From positions 1 to 57,294 of the IMG/VR virus record IMGVR_UViG_3300025875_000027: a stretch of 57,294 nt of DNA; one strand, written 5' to 3'. A model generated the notes under the pieces. That model was given only the letters and a program-made list of their open reading frames with translations, did no database searches and had not been told where the DNA came from. This DNA is from a virus. Taxonomy: Duplodnaviria; Caudoviricetes. Of this stretch, positions 1-8,403 are shown piece by piece; within the stretch, counting starts at the first letter, position 1; the number at the start of each line of letters is the position of its first letter. A program made the translations under genes and the position numbers.

Positions 1-9
1 GAGCCGCAC
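1..9. repeat. 9-bp terminal direct repeat GAGCCGCAC (second copy 57286-57294); possible cos overhang or assembly overlap
   Basis: First and last 9 nt are identical; the right copy follows a GGGGGGCCCCCCC tract. Confidence 0.6.
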
Positions 10-19
10 CGGGACGCAA

Positions 20-360
20 AGCAGGTCAGCGGTTCTACGGGATGTAGAAATCAGACAGATGTATGAACAAGATCAACTTCTGTAGCCCCCGGCAGCCGCG
101 ACAGTCGATTTAGGTCTGTCACGGCATCGGTCACCAAGATCAACTTCTAAACTTGCTGGTCAAAGCCCTAACTACCTACTTCTGTGACAGATGACTGATG
201 TTACTGATCTTTAAGGGGGGTGTGTATGTGTATGTAAGTGTGTCGTGCCTCGTGTGTGTGTTGCGCACATGGAGCGAGCTCCTGAAACACATCTGTCACC
301 TGTCACTTCTGTCGAAAGCGCAGGTCAGAGGCTTGCAAAAGAGTCACCAGTTGATCTTGG
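20..360. other. putative replication origin / non-coding end region with short repeats
   Basis: Visibly AT-richer than the rest; CAAGATCAACTTCT at 68-81 and 135-148 with an inverted partial copy at 349-359; GCAGGTCAG at 21-29 and 320-328; several TGTCAC/TGACAG; lies downstream of the primase-helicase. Confidence 0.5.
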
Positions 361-421
361 TCGCCATCGGCGGCGCCAGCCGGTGGCCAGCTGCGGGTCG
401 GCGGCACGTCTCGGACAGCAG

Positions 422-456
422 GAGAGCCGGCCGCCCGAGGTGGACGACCGGCTCTC
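422..456 (-). terminator. hairpin, probable terminator of the primase transcript
   Basis: GAGAGCCGG-N17-CCGGCTCTC just after the stop of ORF 459-665. Confidence 0.5.
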
Positions 457-458
457 GG

Positions 459-665
459 TCAGCGGTGCTGCAGCCAGTCCTTGAAGACCAGCGGCCTTTC
501 GACGTCGCGGTAGAACGCCTCCAGCTCGGCGGCGTACCCCTTGCTCCACTCCTCGGCCCGCTCCTCCTGGGCCGCCCGCGCCGTGCGGTAGGACTCGACG
601 AGGTCTGCGTGCTCGTAGGAGCAGTGGTGCGGGTGATGATCGGGCCCCCGCCGGCAGGTGCTCAT
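459..665 (-). CDS. hypothetical protein (68 aa)
   Basis: ATGA overlap with the primase stop; GC3-rich codons. Confidence 0.6.
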   Translation of the reverse strand: MSTCRRGPDHHPHHCSYEHADLVESYRTARAAQEERAEEWSKGYAAELEAFYRDVERPLVFKDWLQHR

Positions 666-3358
666 CCTCCGGCGAGCGGGTCCACGTCGAACGAGTCAGG
701 CGTCGAGACACCCTGGTTGATCGGGTCGGCCCGCAGCGTGCAGTAGAACCCGCGGGTCGTCCGATCGTGGTACTGCCTGAAGCCCTTCTTCGACATCTTC
801 CGCCCGAACGCGATCTTGCTCATGGCCCGCACGCGGTTGCTGTCGCACCACCGCAGGTAGACCTGGAACAGCTGCTTCGTCGCAGTCCAGGTGACCTCGG
901 ACGGCGCGAACATCTCCCCGAGGAAGTCGCCGAACTCGTCCTCCTCCTCGAAGTAGTCCAGCGTCGCCAGGTGGGCGGCCGGCGGGCGGCCCAGGCGACC
1001 GCGATGCCACTCGGTCGCGCCCCTGACCGCCCAGGCGAGCACCCCCGGAAGCTCGCGGGCGATGATGTCGTCCTCCAGGTCGTAGTCGACCTCCTCCGGC
1101 GGCACGACGACGTTCCACGGGACGATGTGGATGCGGCGCCGCAGGGCCTCGTCGTCGGGGATGTGCGGCAGGTGGTTCGTGACGAGGTGGATCTTCCCGG
1201 CCAGCTTGAAGTCGATGAAGTCCTGCCCCATGCCGCGGGCGGTGATGAAGTCCGAGCCCGAGAGCCGCTTGACCAGCGCGGCGTCCAGGCGGGCGCCCTC
1301 GGGCGTCTCCGACGTCGTGAGCAGGCGACGGCCGGCCAGACCCATGATCTCGGTCGGGTGCCCCTCGTTCTTCTTCGCCAGCAGTGTCGTCGACGGCACC
1401 ACGCGGGCGAAGTCGCCCATGAGGTGCGTGAGCACGTTGATGAACACCGACTTCCCGGTGTTCGGCCGCCCCTGGTGGATGAAGAAGACCTGCTCGGAGG
1501 TGGAGCCCGTGATCGAGTAGCCGACGATCCGCTGCAGGTAGGCCCGCATCTCCTCGGCGGGGTGCGCGTGCTCGATGTATCCCAGCCACTTCGGCGCCGG
1601 CGCGTTCGCCTCGAAGCGCACCGGGGTCTGGCGCCGCAGCAGGTGGGCCGGGTTGTGCTTCATCAGCTCGCCCGTGCGCAGGTCGACCACGCCGTTCAGG
1701 CAGTTCAGCAGCATCGGGTCGGCGTCGAAGGCCGCGGGGTCGGCGTTGAGCAGCCCCGTGGTCTTCAGGACGCTCGACGTCGAGCGGTACTTGGCGTCGA
1801 AGCGCTGCGTGGCGCACCAGTCCAGGAACTCCTCGTAGTCCGAGGTCTCCTTCTTGCCCTTCTCGTACTTGCGGGTCGAGTACAGGTGTCCCTCCAGCGC
1901 GGGCAGCTGGTCGATCATCTCCATCGCGGCGCGCTGGCCCGCCAGCTTCGACTCCGACCAGCGCCCCTCCTCCTCGATGTACTCCATCCAGCGGTCGGTG
2001 GCCGAGATGTACTTCAGCCGCGTGCCGAAGAGAGCGACGACGCGCTCGGCGTTGCCCTTGTCGTCCCAGGAGTGCTTGACCCACTCGGCCGCCGTCTGCG
2101 TGGACAGAGGAGTCGCAAGCTGTACGGCTCCGGGTCCGTCGCCGACTGCCATAGCGAGATCAGCAGGAACCAGCTCGCCAGCAGCACTATCAGTATCTCC
2201 GCCATCGGTCAGCCCTTCCGGCCGCGGCGGTACTCCCAGTTCAGCATCGGCTCCAGGACGAACATCCACAGCAGCTGCCCGATTCCCGCCCCCAGGGCGA
2301 ACCCCAGCGGCACTCCCATCGTCCACACCAGCACTAACAGCCACAGTTCCATCGCTCACCATCTCCTCGAACGCGGCCTGCAGGTGAGCAGGCGGCTGAT
2401 AGCCCGGCGACAGGGGGTCGTCGGAGTCCTTCGGCGGCAGCGCGGGCTCCGCGCGACGCACCTGCGAGCGCCACTTGCTGGCGATGTCCCCGCCCGACCA
2501 CCCACCCCCGACGGGAGCGGCCTCACCGAACGCGCGCATCGCCTGCTCCATGGTGAGGCTGTTCCAGTCGGCCAGCGCGAGGCTCGCCAGACGGTAGGCG
2601 GCGTCGGCCTGGATCTTCTCCCAGCCGCGCCCCTTCTCGTCGGTCCTGCCCTCGGGCCACGAGGCGATGCCCTGCAGCTCGCGCACCACCGACTCGACCG
2701 CGGCCTGGGCGTAGGCGTCGCCGCGGCCCCCGACCAGCTCGACCGGCTCGCTCACCGCGTGCTTCTCGGGCACCGCCAGGCCCTCGACCCAGCTGGCCGG
2801 CAGCTCGGGGAGCTCCTCGCGCCGCATGACGCCCAGCCTGACGACGGCGTTCCCCTGCGGACCCGGCCGCGCCTCCAGCAGGCGGTACTCGGCGCCCGTG
2901 TCGGGATGCGTCGAGCCCGGCCCGACGGCGTAGCGGTGCTCGGGGCGGATGATCTCCACGTTGCCGCCAGGCAGCTCGCCCAGGAAGCGGTCGCTGGAGA
3001 CCCCCGCGGGCAGGCGGTAGAGGTAGATGCCCGAGCGGGTCGAGATCCGCGAGGTGATGCGCGGCGCCGGCGGCAGCTTGCCCCAGTTCTTGCTCGCCGC
3101 GGTGAGCGTGGTCAGCCCGTGCTTGCCCTCGTACTCGTCGACGTCGAGCCCGACGACGCCCTCGGGCAGCCGGAGGCCCAGGTTGGCCCCGGTGTGCTCG
3201 GGGTCATCGAGCCATGCCTGTACGTCGGCGGCCGACGGGTACGGCGCGCCGCGCCCGGTCCAGCCCTGCGGCGGCGGCGACTTCTGTCCTGCGGGGAGCG
3301 GCAGTGCACCCCATCCTGCGGCTGCCCAGTCGTGACCTGCCGCCTCGAAGGCGCTCAC
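662..3358 (-). CDS. bifunctional primase/polymerase (Prim-Pol) fused to a D5-like SF3 helicase
   Basis: N-terminal NLGLRL..VVGLDVD, GIYLY, GPGSTHP; C-terminal D5_N region LLNCLNGVVDLRTG, Walker A GRPNTGKS, ITARGM, LVTNHLP, ALRRRI; GTG start overlaps the upstream stop (GTGA). Confidence 0.92.
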   Translation of the reverse strand: MSAFEAAGHDWAAAGWGALPLPAGQKSPPPQGWTGRGAPYPSAADVQAWLDDPEHTGANLGLRLPEGVVGLDVDEYEGKHGLTTLTAASKNWGKLPPAPRITSRISTRSGIYLYRLPAGVSSDRFLGELPGGNVEIIRPEHRYAVGPGSTHPDTGAEYRLLEARPGPQGNAVVRLGVMRREELPELPASWVEGLAVPEKHAVSEPVELVGGRGDAYAQAAVESVVRELQGIASWPEGRTDEKGRGWEKIQADAAYRLASLALADWNSLTMEQAMRAFGEAAPVGGGWSGGDIASKWRSQVRRAEPALPPKDSDDPLSPGYQPPAHLQAAFEEMVSDGTVAVSAGVDDGSAAGVRPGGGNRAAAVDVRPGADAELGVPPRPEGLTDGGDTDSAAGELVPADLAMAVGDGPGAVQLATPLSTQTAAEWVKHSWDDKGNAERVVALFGTRLKYISATDRWMEYIEEEGRWSESKLAGQRAAMEMIDQLPALEGHLYSTRKYEKGKKETSDYEEFLDWCATQRFDAKYRSTSSVLKTTGLLNADPAAFDADPMLLNCLNGVVDLRTGELMKHNPAHLLRRQTPVRFEANAPAPKWLGYIEHAHPAEEMRAYLQRIVGYSITGSTSEQVFFIHQGRPNTGKSVFINVLTHLMGDFARVVPSTTLLAKKNEGHPTEIMGLAGRRLLTTSETPEGARLDAALVKRLSGSDFITARGMGQDFIDFKLAGKIHLVTNHLPHIPDDEALRRRIHIVPWNVVVPPEEVDYDLEDDIIARELPGVLAWAVRGATEWHRGRLGRPPAAHLATLDYFEEEDEFGDFLGEMFAPSEVTWTATKQLFQVYLRWCDSNRVRAMSKIAFGRKMSKKGFRQYHDRTTRGFYCTLRADPINQGVSTPDSFDVDPLAGG
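2014..2205 (-). CDS. putative nested membrane peptide MAEILIVLLASWFLLISLWQ... (63 aa)
   Basis: Same alternative frame, starting 3 nt after the previous nested ORF stop; hydrophobic N-terminus. Confidence 0.45.
   Translation of the reverse strand: MAEILIVLLASWFLLISLWQSATDPEPYSLRLLCPRRRRPSGSSTPGTTRATPSASSLSSARG
2209..2352 (-). CDS. putative nested membrane peptide MELWLLVLVWTMGVPLGFALGAGIGQLLWMFVLEPMLNWEYRRGRKG (47 aa)
   Basis: Alternative frame inside the primase linker; GAGGAG/GGTGA upstream; codons mostly end in G/C. Confidence 0.55.
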   Translation of the reverse strand: MELWLLVLVWTMGVPLGFALGAGIGQLLWMFVLEPMLNWEYRRGRKG

Positions 3359-3624
3359 GCCTCGATACCCGAGACGACCCGCTGACGCACAGCGCCGTGC
3401 GCGGCCATCGCCTGGTCCTCGACGGCCTCGTTCACGCGGTGCTGCAGCTGCGCGGTGGCCAGCTGCCAGTCGCGGATGTCCTGCTCGTCGTAGCGGCGGT
3501 GTCCACCAGCGGTGCGGGTGCACGGGGGGCCGATGGGCGGGTCTTGCAGGTCCCAGCCCTTCAGCGTCATCGGGTGCACCCCGATCTTGTCGGCGGCCTG
3601 CGCGAGGGTGAGCTTCATGGCCAC
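3355..3624 (-). CDS. MerR-type HTH DNA-binding protein
   Basis: LTLAQAADKIGVHPMTLKGW...RTAGGHRRY; GAGGAGG SD. Confidence 0.85.
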   Translation of the reverse strand: MAMKLTLAQAADKIGVHPMTLKGWDLQDPPIGPPCTRTAGGHRRYDEQDIRDWQLATAQLQHRVNEAVEDQAMAAHGAVRQRVVSGIEA

Positions 3625-3647
3625 CTCCTCTCAGTAGCGGGACGCCT

Positions 3648-3690
3648 ACCGTACACCGCCTTGCACCGCAGTCAAACGTAGTGGTAGCTT
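3648..3690. promoter_or_regulatory. overlapping divergent sigma70-type promoters
   Basis: Minus strand TTGACT-N16-TACGGT; plus strand TTGCAC-N18-TAGCTT. Confidence 0.55.
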
Positions 3691-3721
3691 CGTGCTCCCC
3701 GCCAACGACCAGGAGGTCGCC

Positions 3722-4162
3722 ATGACCGACACGAACCCCTCCGGCACCCAGCGCATCACGCAGGAGCGCGCCCGCCAGCTCAACGAAGAGGGCTACAGCA
3801 TCGCCGACGACCTCGGCTACACCGCCAACGAGCTGGCGCTGGCCGCTCAGGGGTACCTCTGGGCCAACGAGCAGCTGCAGTTCTCGATCCCCGCGAAGAT
3901 CAAGGAGCTGGAGCGCACCATCGCTGCGCTGCCCCGCCTTGCCATCACCAGTGGCGCCCGCCGCGAGCTGTCCAGCCTGATCCAGGAGATGAAGCTGGGG
4001 CCGCTGAACTTCGTCGGCCTCCCGCCGTCGTGGCCCTGGGCTCAGACGGCCTTCAAGCCCAGCGGAGACCCCGTGCGCAACCTGGAGAAGGCCGGCGCCC
4101 TCATCGCCGCCGAGATCGACCGCACCCAGGCGTCGATCGAGGGCATCGCGGTCTCCAGCTGA
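3722..4162 (+). CDS. conserved phage hypothetical protein
   Basis: ERARQLNEEGY..DD..ELALAA..WPW..FKP..RNLEKAGALIAAEIDR pattern; CCAGGAGG SD. Confidence 0.8.
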   Translation: MTDTNPSGTQRITQERARQLNEEGYSIADDLGYTANELALAAQGYLWANEQLQFSIPAKIKELERTIAALPRLAITSGARRELSSLIQEMKLGPLNFVGLPPSWPWAQTAFKPSGDPVRNLEKAGALIAAEIDRTQASIEGIAVSS

Positions 4163-4308
4163 TGCCCTACGTTCTCGCCGCGATCATCGGGATGCTGTTC
4201 CTGACCGTCTTCATCGTCGCGCTCGCCGGGCACAACCAGCGCCTCGACGGCACCGCGCCCCAGCCGACCGCGATCCCCGCCGCTCCCCAGGAGGCCCCCC
4301 GCCCATGA
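4162..4308 (+). CDS. small membrane protein (48 aa)
   Basis: MPYVLAAIIGMLFLTVFIVALAG TM segment; coupled start/stop. Confidence 0.65.
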   Translation: MPYVLAAIIGMLFLTVFIVALAGHNQRLDGTAPQPTAIPAAPQEAPRP

Positions 4309-4499
4309 AGCGCTTCCACTACGCCAGCATCCGCATCGAGCAGTCGGAGTATCAGCAGATGACCCACGCCCAGCTGAAGGCGCAGCTGCAGATGCTGCGC
4401 GACCGCCTGCCCATCCCCGCGGGGACGACGGTGCACCTGCGGGTGAACCGTGTGCGCAACGCCCCCCGCGTGCACCTCCTGATGACGGCCATGGCATGA
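4305..4499 (+). CDS. hypothetical protein
   Basis: ATGA coupling on both sides; SD. Confidence 0.65.
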   Translation: MKRFHYASIRIEQSEYQQMTHAQLKAQLQMLRDRLPIPAGTTVHLRVNRVRNAPRVHLLMTAMA

Positions 4500-4663
4500 A
4501 GATCTGCTCGATCTGCGCCTGGGTGCACATGGACGCGCCAGAGCGCGCGCAGGAGCCCATCACCGTCATCAACGGGCAGGCCGTCTGCCACGACCACATG
4601 GAAGCCGCCTCCCTCGGCCGTGACCACCGACACGCCGCCGTTCTCGCCGGCGCCCGACTGTAG
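4496..4663 (+). CDS. small Cys/His protein (55 aa)
   Basis: MKICSIC...VCHDH; ATGA coupling; not in the ORF track. Confidence 0.6.
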   Translation: MKICSICAWVHMDAPERAQEPITVINGQAVCHDHMEAASLGRDHRHAAVLAGARL

Positions 4664-4671
4664 GAGCGCTC

Positions 4672-4812
4672 ATGAAGCTCACCATCCGCTGGAACAAGAC
4701 CTACCGCACCTGGGATGTCAGGACGCCACACCAGGGATACCTGATCGCTGCGGACCCGACATGGGCCGGCGCGCTCGCCAAGGCGAACACCTATCTGCAG
4801 GTGCACGCATGA
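4672..4812 (+). CDS. hypothetical protein (46 aa, MKLTIRWNKTYRTWDV...)
   Basis: AGGAG SD; stop overlaps the next ATG. Confidence 0.6.
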   Translation: MKLTIRWNKTYRTWDVRTPHQGYLIAADPTWAGALAKANTYLQVHA

Positions 4813-5384
4813 CGCAGGTGCTTTATCTTCGCCGTGCTGACTGGCGGGCGCGCAGTTGCACACAGGCCGAGGTCGTCGACTTCATCGAGCGCGTGCACTA
4901 CGCCGGCGGCGCCCCGAACACGTCCGTAGCGCGACACGGCCTGTGCCCGGTCGATGACGACAAGCTGGCTGGTGTGGCTTTGTGGTTGCCGCCGACCCGA
5001 CGGGCCGCCGAGTCCGTTGACCGGGACAACCCGCGGGGTGTTCTGGCTCTCTCTCGACTGTGCATCGCGCCGGGGATGCCCACCAACTCCGCGAGCTTTC
5101 TGCTGGGCGCCTCGATGCGCCGGATAGACCGGGCGGCCTGGCCGACGCTGCTTACCTACGCCGACACCCGTGAGGGGCACACCGGGGCGATCTACCGCGC
5201 GACCAACTGGGAGTGTCTGGGCGAGGTTCCTGGATCTGACGCCTGGGCACATCGGGTTACCGGCGAACGTCGTGGTCGTAAGCGGGGGAAGCGAAACCTG
5301 TCGGCTGTGGAGATGCGTGAGCTGGGGTTCGAGCAGTTGCCGAAGATGCCGAAGATCAAGTTCGTCCATAGGAGTGACGCATGA
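4809..5384 (+). CDS. Mom-like (GNAT-fold) DNA adenine modification enzyme
   Basis: FIERVHY, LSRLC, NSASFLLG, TYAD..GHTGAIYRATNW motifs of the Mu Mom-like family. Confidence 0.8.
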   Translation: MTQVLYLRRADWRARSCTQAEVVDFIERVHYAGGAPNTSVARHGLCPVDDDKLAGVALWLPPTRRAAESVDRDNPRGVLALSRLCIAPGMPTNSASFLLGASMRRIDRAAWPTLLTYADTREGHTGAIYRATNWECLGEVPGSDAWAHRVTGERRGRKRGKRNLSAVEMRELGFEQLPKMPKIKFVHRSDA

Positions 5385-7252
5385 GCGGCACGCTGCAGAC
5401 CGTCCTCGACTCCATCGGCTATTTGCTGCGCCCCCAGCAGCAGCGCCTCTACGACGCCCTCTCGCCGAACAACACCGACATGCGCACATCCGGCGTCGTC
5501 GCCCAAGCCGGCACGGGTACCGGTAAGTCCCTCGCCGTGCTGTGCGCCGCGGTCGACTGGGCCCGCAAGACGCACAAGACCTCCCTCGTGGTCTGCCCGA
5601 CCAACGTGCTGCTCGACCAGTACCTCACCGTGGACGCCCCGCGGGTCTCGGCCGCCACCGGTGTGACGATCGAGAGTCTGAAGGGCCGCAACCGCTACCT
5701 CTGCGAGTCCGCGAACGGCTTCAGCGACATCTCCCAGCCGCCGGCGTGGGTCATGCCCGAGATCCCCGCCATGAGCGACCACCTGGCAGACATGTTCAAC
5801 GGCGGGCCCGCGTTCGAGCCCGAGAACACCCAGTGGTTCGGCTGCCCCGGTGGCGAGGAGTGCGACCCCGAGCTCACCTGCCACTACCGCCAGCAGAAGA
5901 TCCGCGCGCAGGCCGCTGACGTCATCGTCACGAACAGCCACCTGCTGATCATCGACAACCAGTTCAAGCGGATGCAGGCCGCCGACCCCGACTTCGGCCG
6001 CAAGAAGCCCCCGGCCATGGAGCAGGACGACCGCGACTTCGAGCCGGACGAGTACCAGCAGCCCGAGGAGGAGCTGCCCATCCTGATCTTCCCGCCGCTC
6101 GGCGTCGTCTTCGTCGACGAGGCCCACGTCTTGGAGGACAGTCTGCGCGAGTTCGCCAGCCGCTCGATTCCCTCCAGCGCCTGCGACGGCCAGCTCCTCG
6201 GCTACTGGATCGACAGCCAGGTCAACCAGCTGCCGACCGACCGCCGCGGCCAGAAGGAGGCCACGGCCATCACCGGCGACGCCGACCTCGCCGCGGCGCT
6301 GCAGGACATGGCTGCCGTCCCCGAGAACACCCCGAAGGGCATCAGGCTGGCCAAGCGGGTGCGCGAGGCCGCCGAGTCGGCCGCCTACGTCCTCCAGCGC
6401 GCCCAGAACAAGGCGTACAGCTCGGGGTCCGCGGTGCTCTACCTGCAGCCCGCCGAGCGCGGGACCAACCAGTCGAACAAGCTCGTCTCGACGCAGATCG
6501 ACATGAGCCTGGCCGCCGCGGGCATCCTCACCTCGCAGCCGTTCGGGATGGTCTCGGCCACCATCCCGAAGTCGATGCGCAACGCGCTCGGCGTGCCCGA
6601 GGCGCTCTTCGTCGACGTCGGCCACCCCTTCGACTACTCGCGCCAGGCCCGCCTGGGCTTCTCCGCGTACACCGGGGCCTGGAAGTACGCCGACCGCGCG
6701 AACAAGCAGGCTCGCGCCGAGGAGATCCAGCAGCGCGTGCTGGCCGCGGGCGGCGGCGCCCTCCTGCTCTTCCCGAGCTACCGCGATCTGGAGGAGGTCT
6801 ACAAGCAGATCGCGGGCCCCCTGCACCTGGCGGGCCTGACCGTGCTGAAGCAGGAGCGCGAGTCGAACAAGGCGCTGCTCGGCGAGCGGTTCAAGCGCGA
6901 CGGCAACGCCGTCCTCTTCGGTACCGAGAGCTTCGCCACCGGCTTCGACGCGCCGGGTAGCGCACTGCGGTTGGTCAGCATCTGGAAGCTGCCCTACCCC
7001 GGCCTCGACCCGGTGACCAAGGCCATCAGCGCGCGGGACTACACCCGCTACCAGGACATGATGCTGACCAAGGTCGCCCAGGCCGCAGGTCGCCTCATCC
7101 GCACCTCCACCGACGTCGGAGAGGTCTGGATCTCCGACGTGCGTGCCCGCGGCACGATCCTCGGCACGGGCGACCCGATGCTGCGCCACTTCGACGAGTT
7201 CCAGCTGATCCCCGCCGCCCCGCGGCCGGCCGACGACATCGAGATGAACTGA
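5381..7252 (+). CDS. DinG/YoaA-family SF2 helicase
   Basis: Q motif RPQQ, AGTGTGKS, LKGRNRYLC plus Cys cluster, ADVIVTNSHLL, DEAH, SAT, LFPSY, QAAGRLIR..DVG. Confidence 0.88.
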   Translation: MSGTLQTVLDSIGYLLRPQQQRLYDALSPNNTDMRTSGVVAQAGTGTGKSLAVLCAAVDWARKTHKTSLVVCPTNVLLDQYLTVDAPRVSAATGVTIESLKGRNRYLCESANGFSDISQPPAWVMPEIPAMSDHLADMFNGGPAFEPENTQWFGCPGGEECDPELTCHYRQQKIRAQAADVIVTNSHLLIIDNQFKRMQAADPDFGRKKPPAMEQDDRDFEPDEYQQPEEELPILIFPPLGVVFVDEAHVLEDSLREFASRSIPSSACDGQLLGYWIDSQVNQLPTDRRGQKEATAITGDADLAAALQDMAAVPENTPKGIRLAKRVREAAESAAYVLQRAQNKAYSSGSAVLYLQPAERGTNQSNKLVSTQIDMSLAAAGILTSQPFGMVSATIPKSMRNALGVPEALFVDVGHPFDYSRQARLGFSAYTGAWKYADRANKQARAEEIQQRVLAAGGGALLLFPSYRDLEEVYKQIAGPLHLAGLTVLKQERESNKALLGERFKRDGNAVLFGTESFATGFDAPGSALRLVSIWKLPYPGLDPVTKAISARDYTRYQDMMLTKVAQAAGRLIRTSTDVGEVWISDVRARGTILGTGDPMLRHFDEFQLIPAAPRPADDIEMN

Positions 7253-7689
7253 TGCCCAGCGGCCACCCCGGCACTCTCACGCATGGCCTGAGTGCTGCGA
7301 TGAACGGTTTATGTAAGTGCAAGGAGATATGTCGTCCTGCAGCCAATGCTAATCAGCGTGCCGAACGTGCAGCGCGCAAGGCCGCACGTCACGACCTCAC
7401 TCCGTTGTGCTTCGATGCCAAGGGCACCTTGCTCATCAGTTCATCCGACGGCGCCTGCCTGCGCGCCTTCCTGATCGACGGTGGCGACAACGAGACCGTT
7501 GGCCGACGAGCCAACATGAGTAGCAAGCAGGCCAGCCTCCACCTGAAGCGCATCCAAGACGCCTTCGGATTCACCAGTCGCGCCGAGCTGGCCGTCGCCC
7601 TCCTTCGCAGCACTGTGACGGCACGTGTAGCCTCGTCCTCCAGCGGCGAGACGCCGTCCGATCTGGCGAGAAGCCAGGAAGGAGCATGA
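7252..7689 (+). CDS. putative DNA-binding protein (HG..CKC..C motif plus LuxR-like HTH)
   Basis: NETVGRRANMSSKQASLHLKRIQDAFGFTSRAELAV. Confidence 0.65.
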   Translation: MPSGHPGTLTHGLSAAMNGLCKCKEICRPAANANQRAERAARKAARHDLTPLCFDAKGTLLISSSDGACLRAFLIDGGDNETVGRRANMSSKQASLHLKRIQDAFGFTSRAELAVALLRSTVTARVASSSSGETPSDLARSQEGA

Positions 7690-8246
7690 TCATGGCAGGG
7701 ATGTTGCCAGGCCCGGCCGCGAAGCCGGATGACGTGCGACAGCGCGCGAACCAGCCCGCCTCCGGCGAGCAGACCGTCGTCACCCCCGAGGGCGTGCCGT
7801 CCTACGTCGACATGGTGCCCGAACCGCCGGAGCCGCCGGCCCAGTGGCACCCGCGGGCCCGAGCCTTCTACGACCGACTGCTCCACGACCCGGCGCGCAT
7901 GACCATGACCGGCGCCGACTGGGAACTGGCCATGTTCATGCTGGAGAACTTGCACCGCTCCCTGCAGCCGCAGGTGGTTGCCACCATCCCCAGCAAGGTC
8001 GAGGACGGCGTCGCCATCCCCGGTGACGTCATCCGTGAGCCGGTGCCCATGAACGGGAGCCAGCAGATGGCCTTCCTCCGCTGGGCGGCGATGGTCGGCA
8101 TCACCGAGGGCGCCCGTCGCGCTCTCGGGATCCACGTCAAGCTCGGCGTCACCACCGAGACCGTCCAGGGCGGCCAGCCCGTGGGCGTCGTCAAGAGCCG
8201 TGCGGACCTCATGCTGGTCCCGCCGCCGGAAGAGGAGCAGGGCTGA
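7686..8246 (+). CDS. terminase small subunit
   Basis: GPAAKP..RQRAN, WHPRARAFY, DW, GITEGARR; upstream of TerL. Confidence 0.75.
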   Translation: MIMAGMLPGPAAKPDDVRQRANQPASGEQTVVTPEGVPSYVDMVPEPPEPPAQWHPRARAFYDRLLHDPARMTMTGADWELAMFMLENLHRSLQPQVVATIPSKVEDGVAIPGDVIREPVPMNGSQQMAFLRWAAMVGITEGARRALGIHVKLGVTTETVQGGQPVGVVKSRADLMLVPPPEEEQG

Positions 8247-8403
8247 TGGCCACAAGGCAGGAGCTGTGGGAACGCATCCCTGGCTGGACGGTCGAGGACA
8301 CGGTGGCTGCTCAGCAGATCGTCGAGCTCGACCAGCCCGACCATCGGGCGCGCGGACCCCAGGGCGGTCCGTTGTCGGAAGAGGAGCAGGGCTGATGGCC
8401 ACA
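8227..8403 (+). repeat. 28-bp direct repeat (8227-8254, 8376-8403) flanking a 49-aa ORF
   Basis: CGGAAGAGGAGCAGGGCTGATGGCCACA present twice. Confidence 0.9.
8246..8395 (+). CDS. hypothetical protein (49 aa, MATRQELWERIPGW...)
   Basis: SD and TGATG coupling supplied by the repeat. Confidence 0.55.
   Translation: MATRQELWERIPGWTVEDTVAAQQIVELDQPDHRARGPQGGPLSEEEQG

Noticed and set aside
198-746. 182-aa plus-strand ORF
   Set aside because: It crosses the repeat-rich non-coding region and runs antisense to coupled genes; the composition is not protein-like.
5381-7252. Type IV CRISPR-Cas (DinG plus Cas4-like nuclease)
   Set aside because: No repeat-spacer array or Cas5/6/7-like genes. The nuclease at 39913 sits in a normal recombination block.
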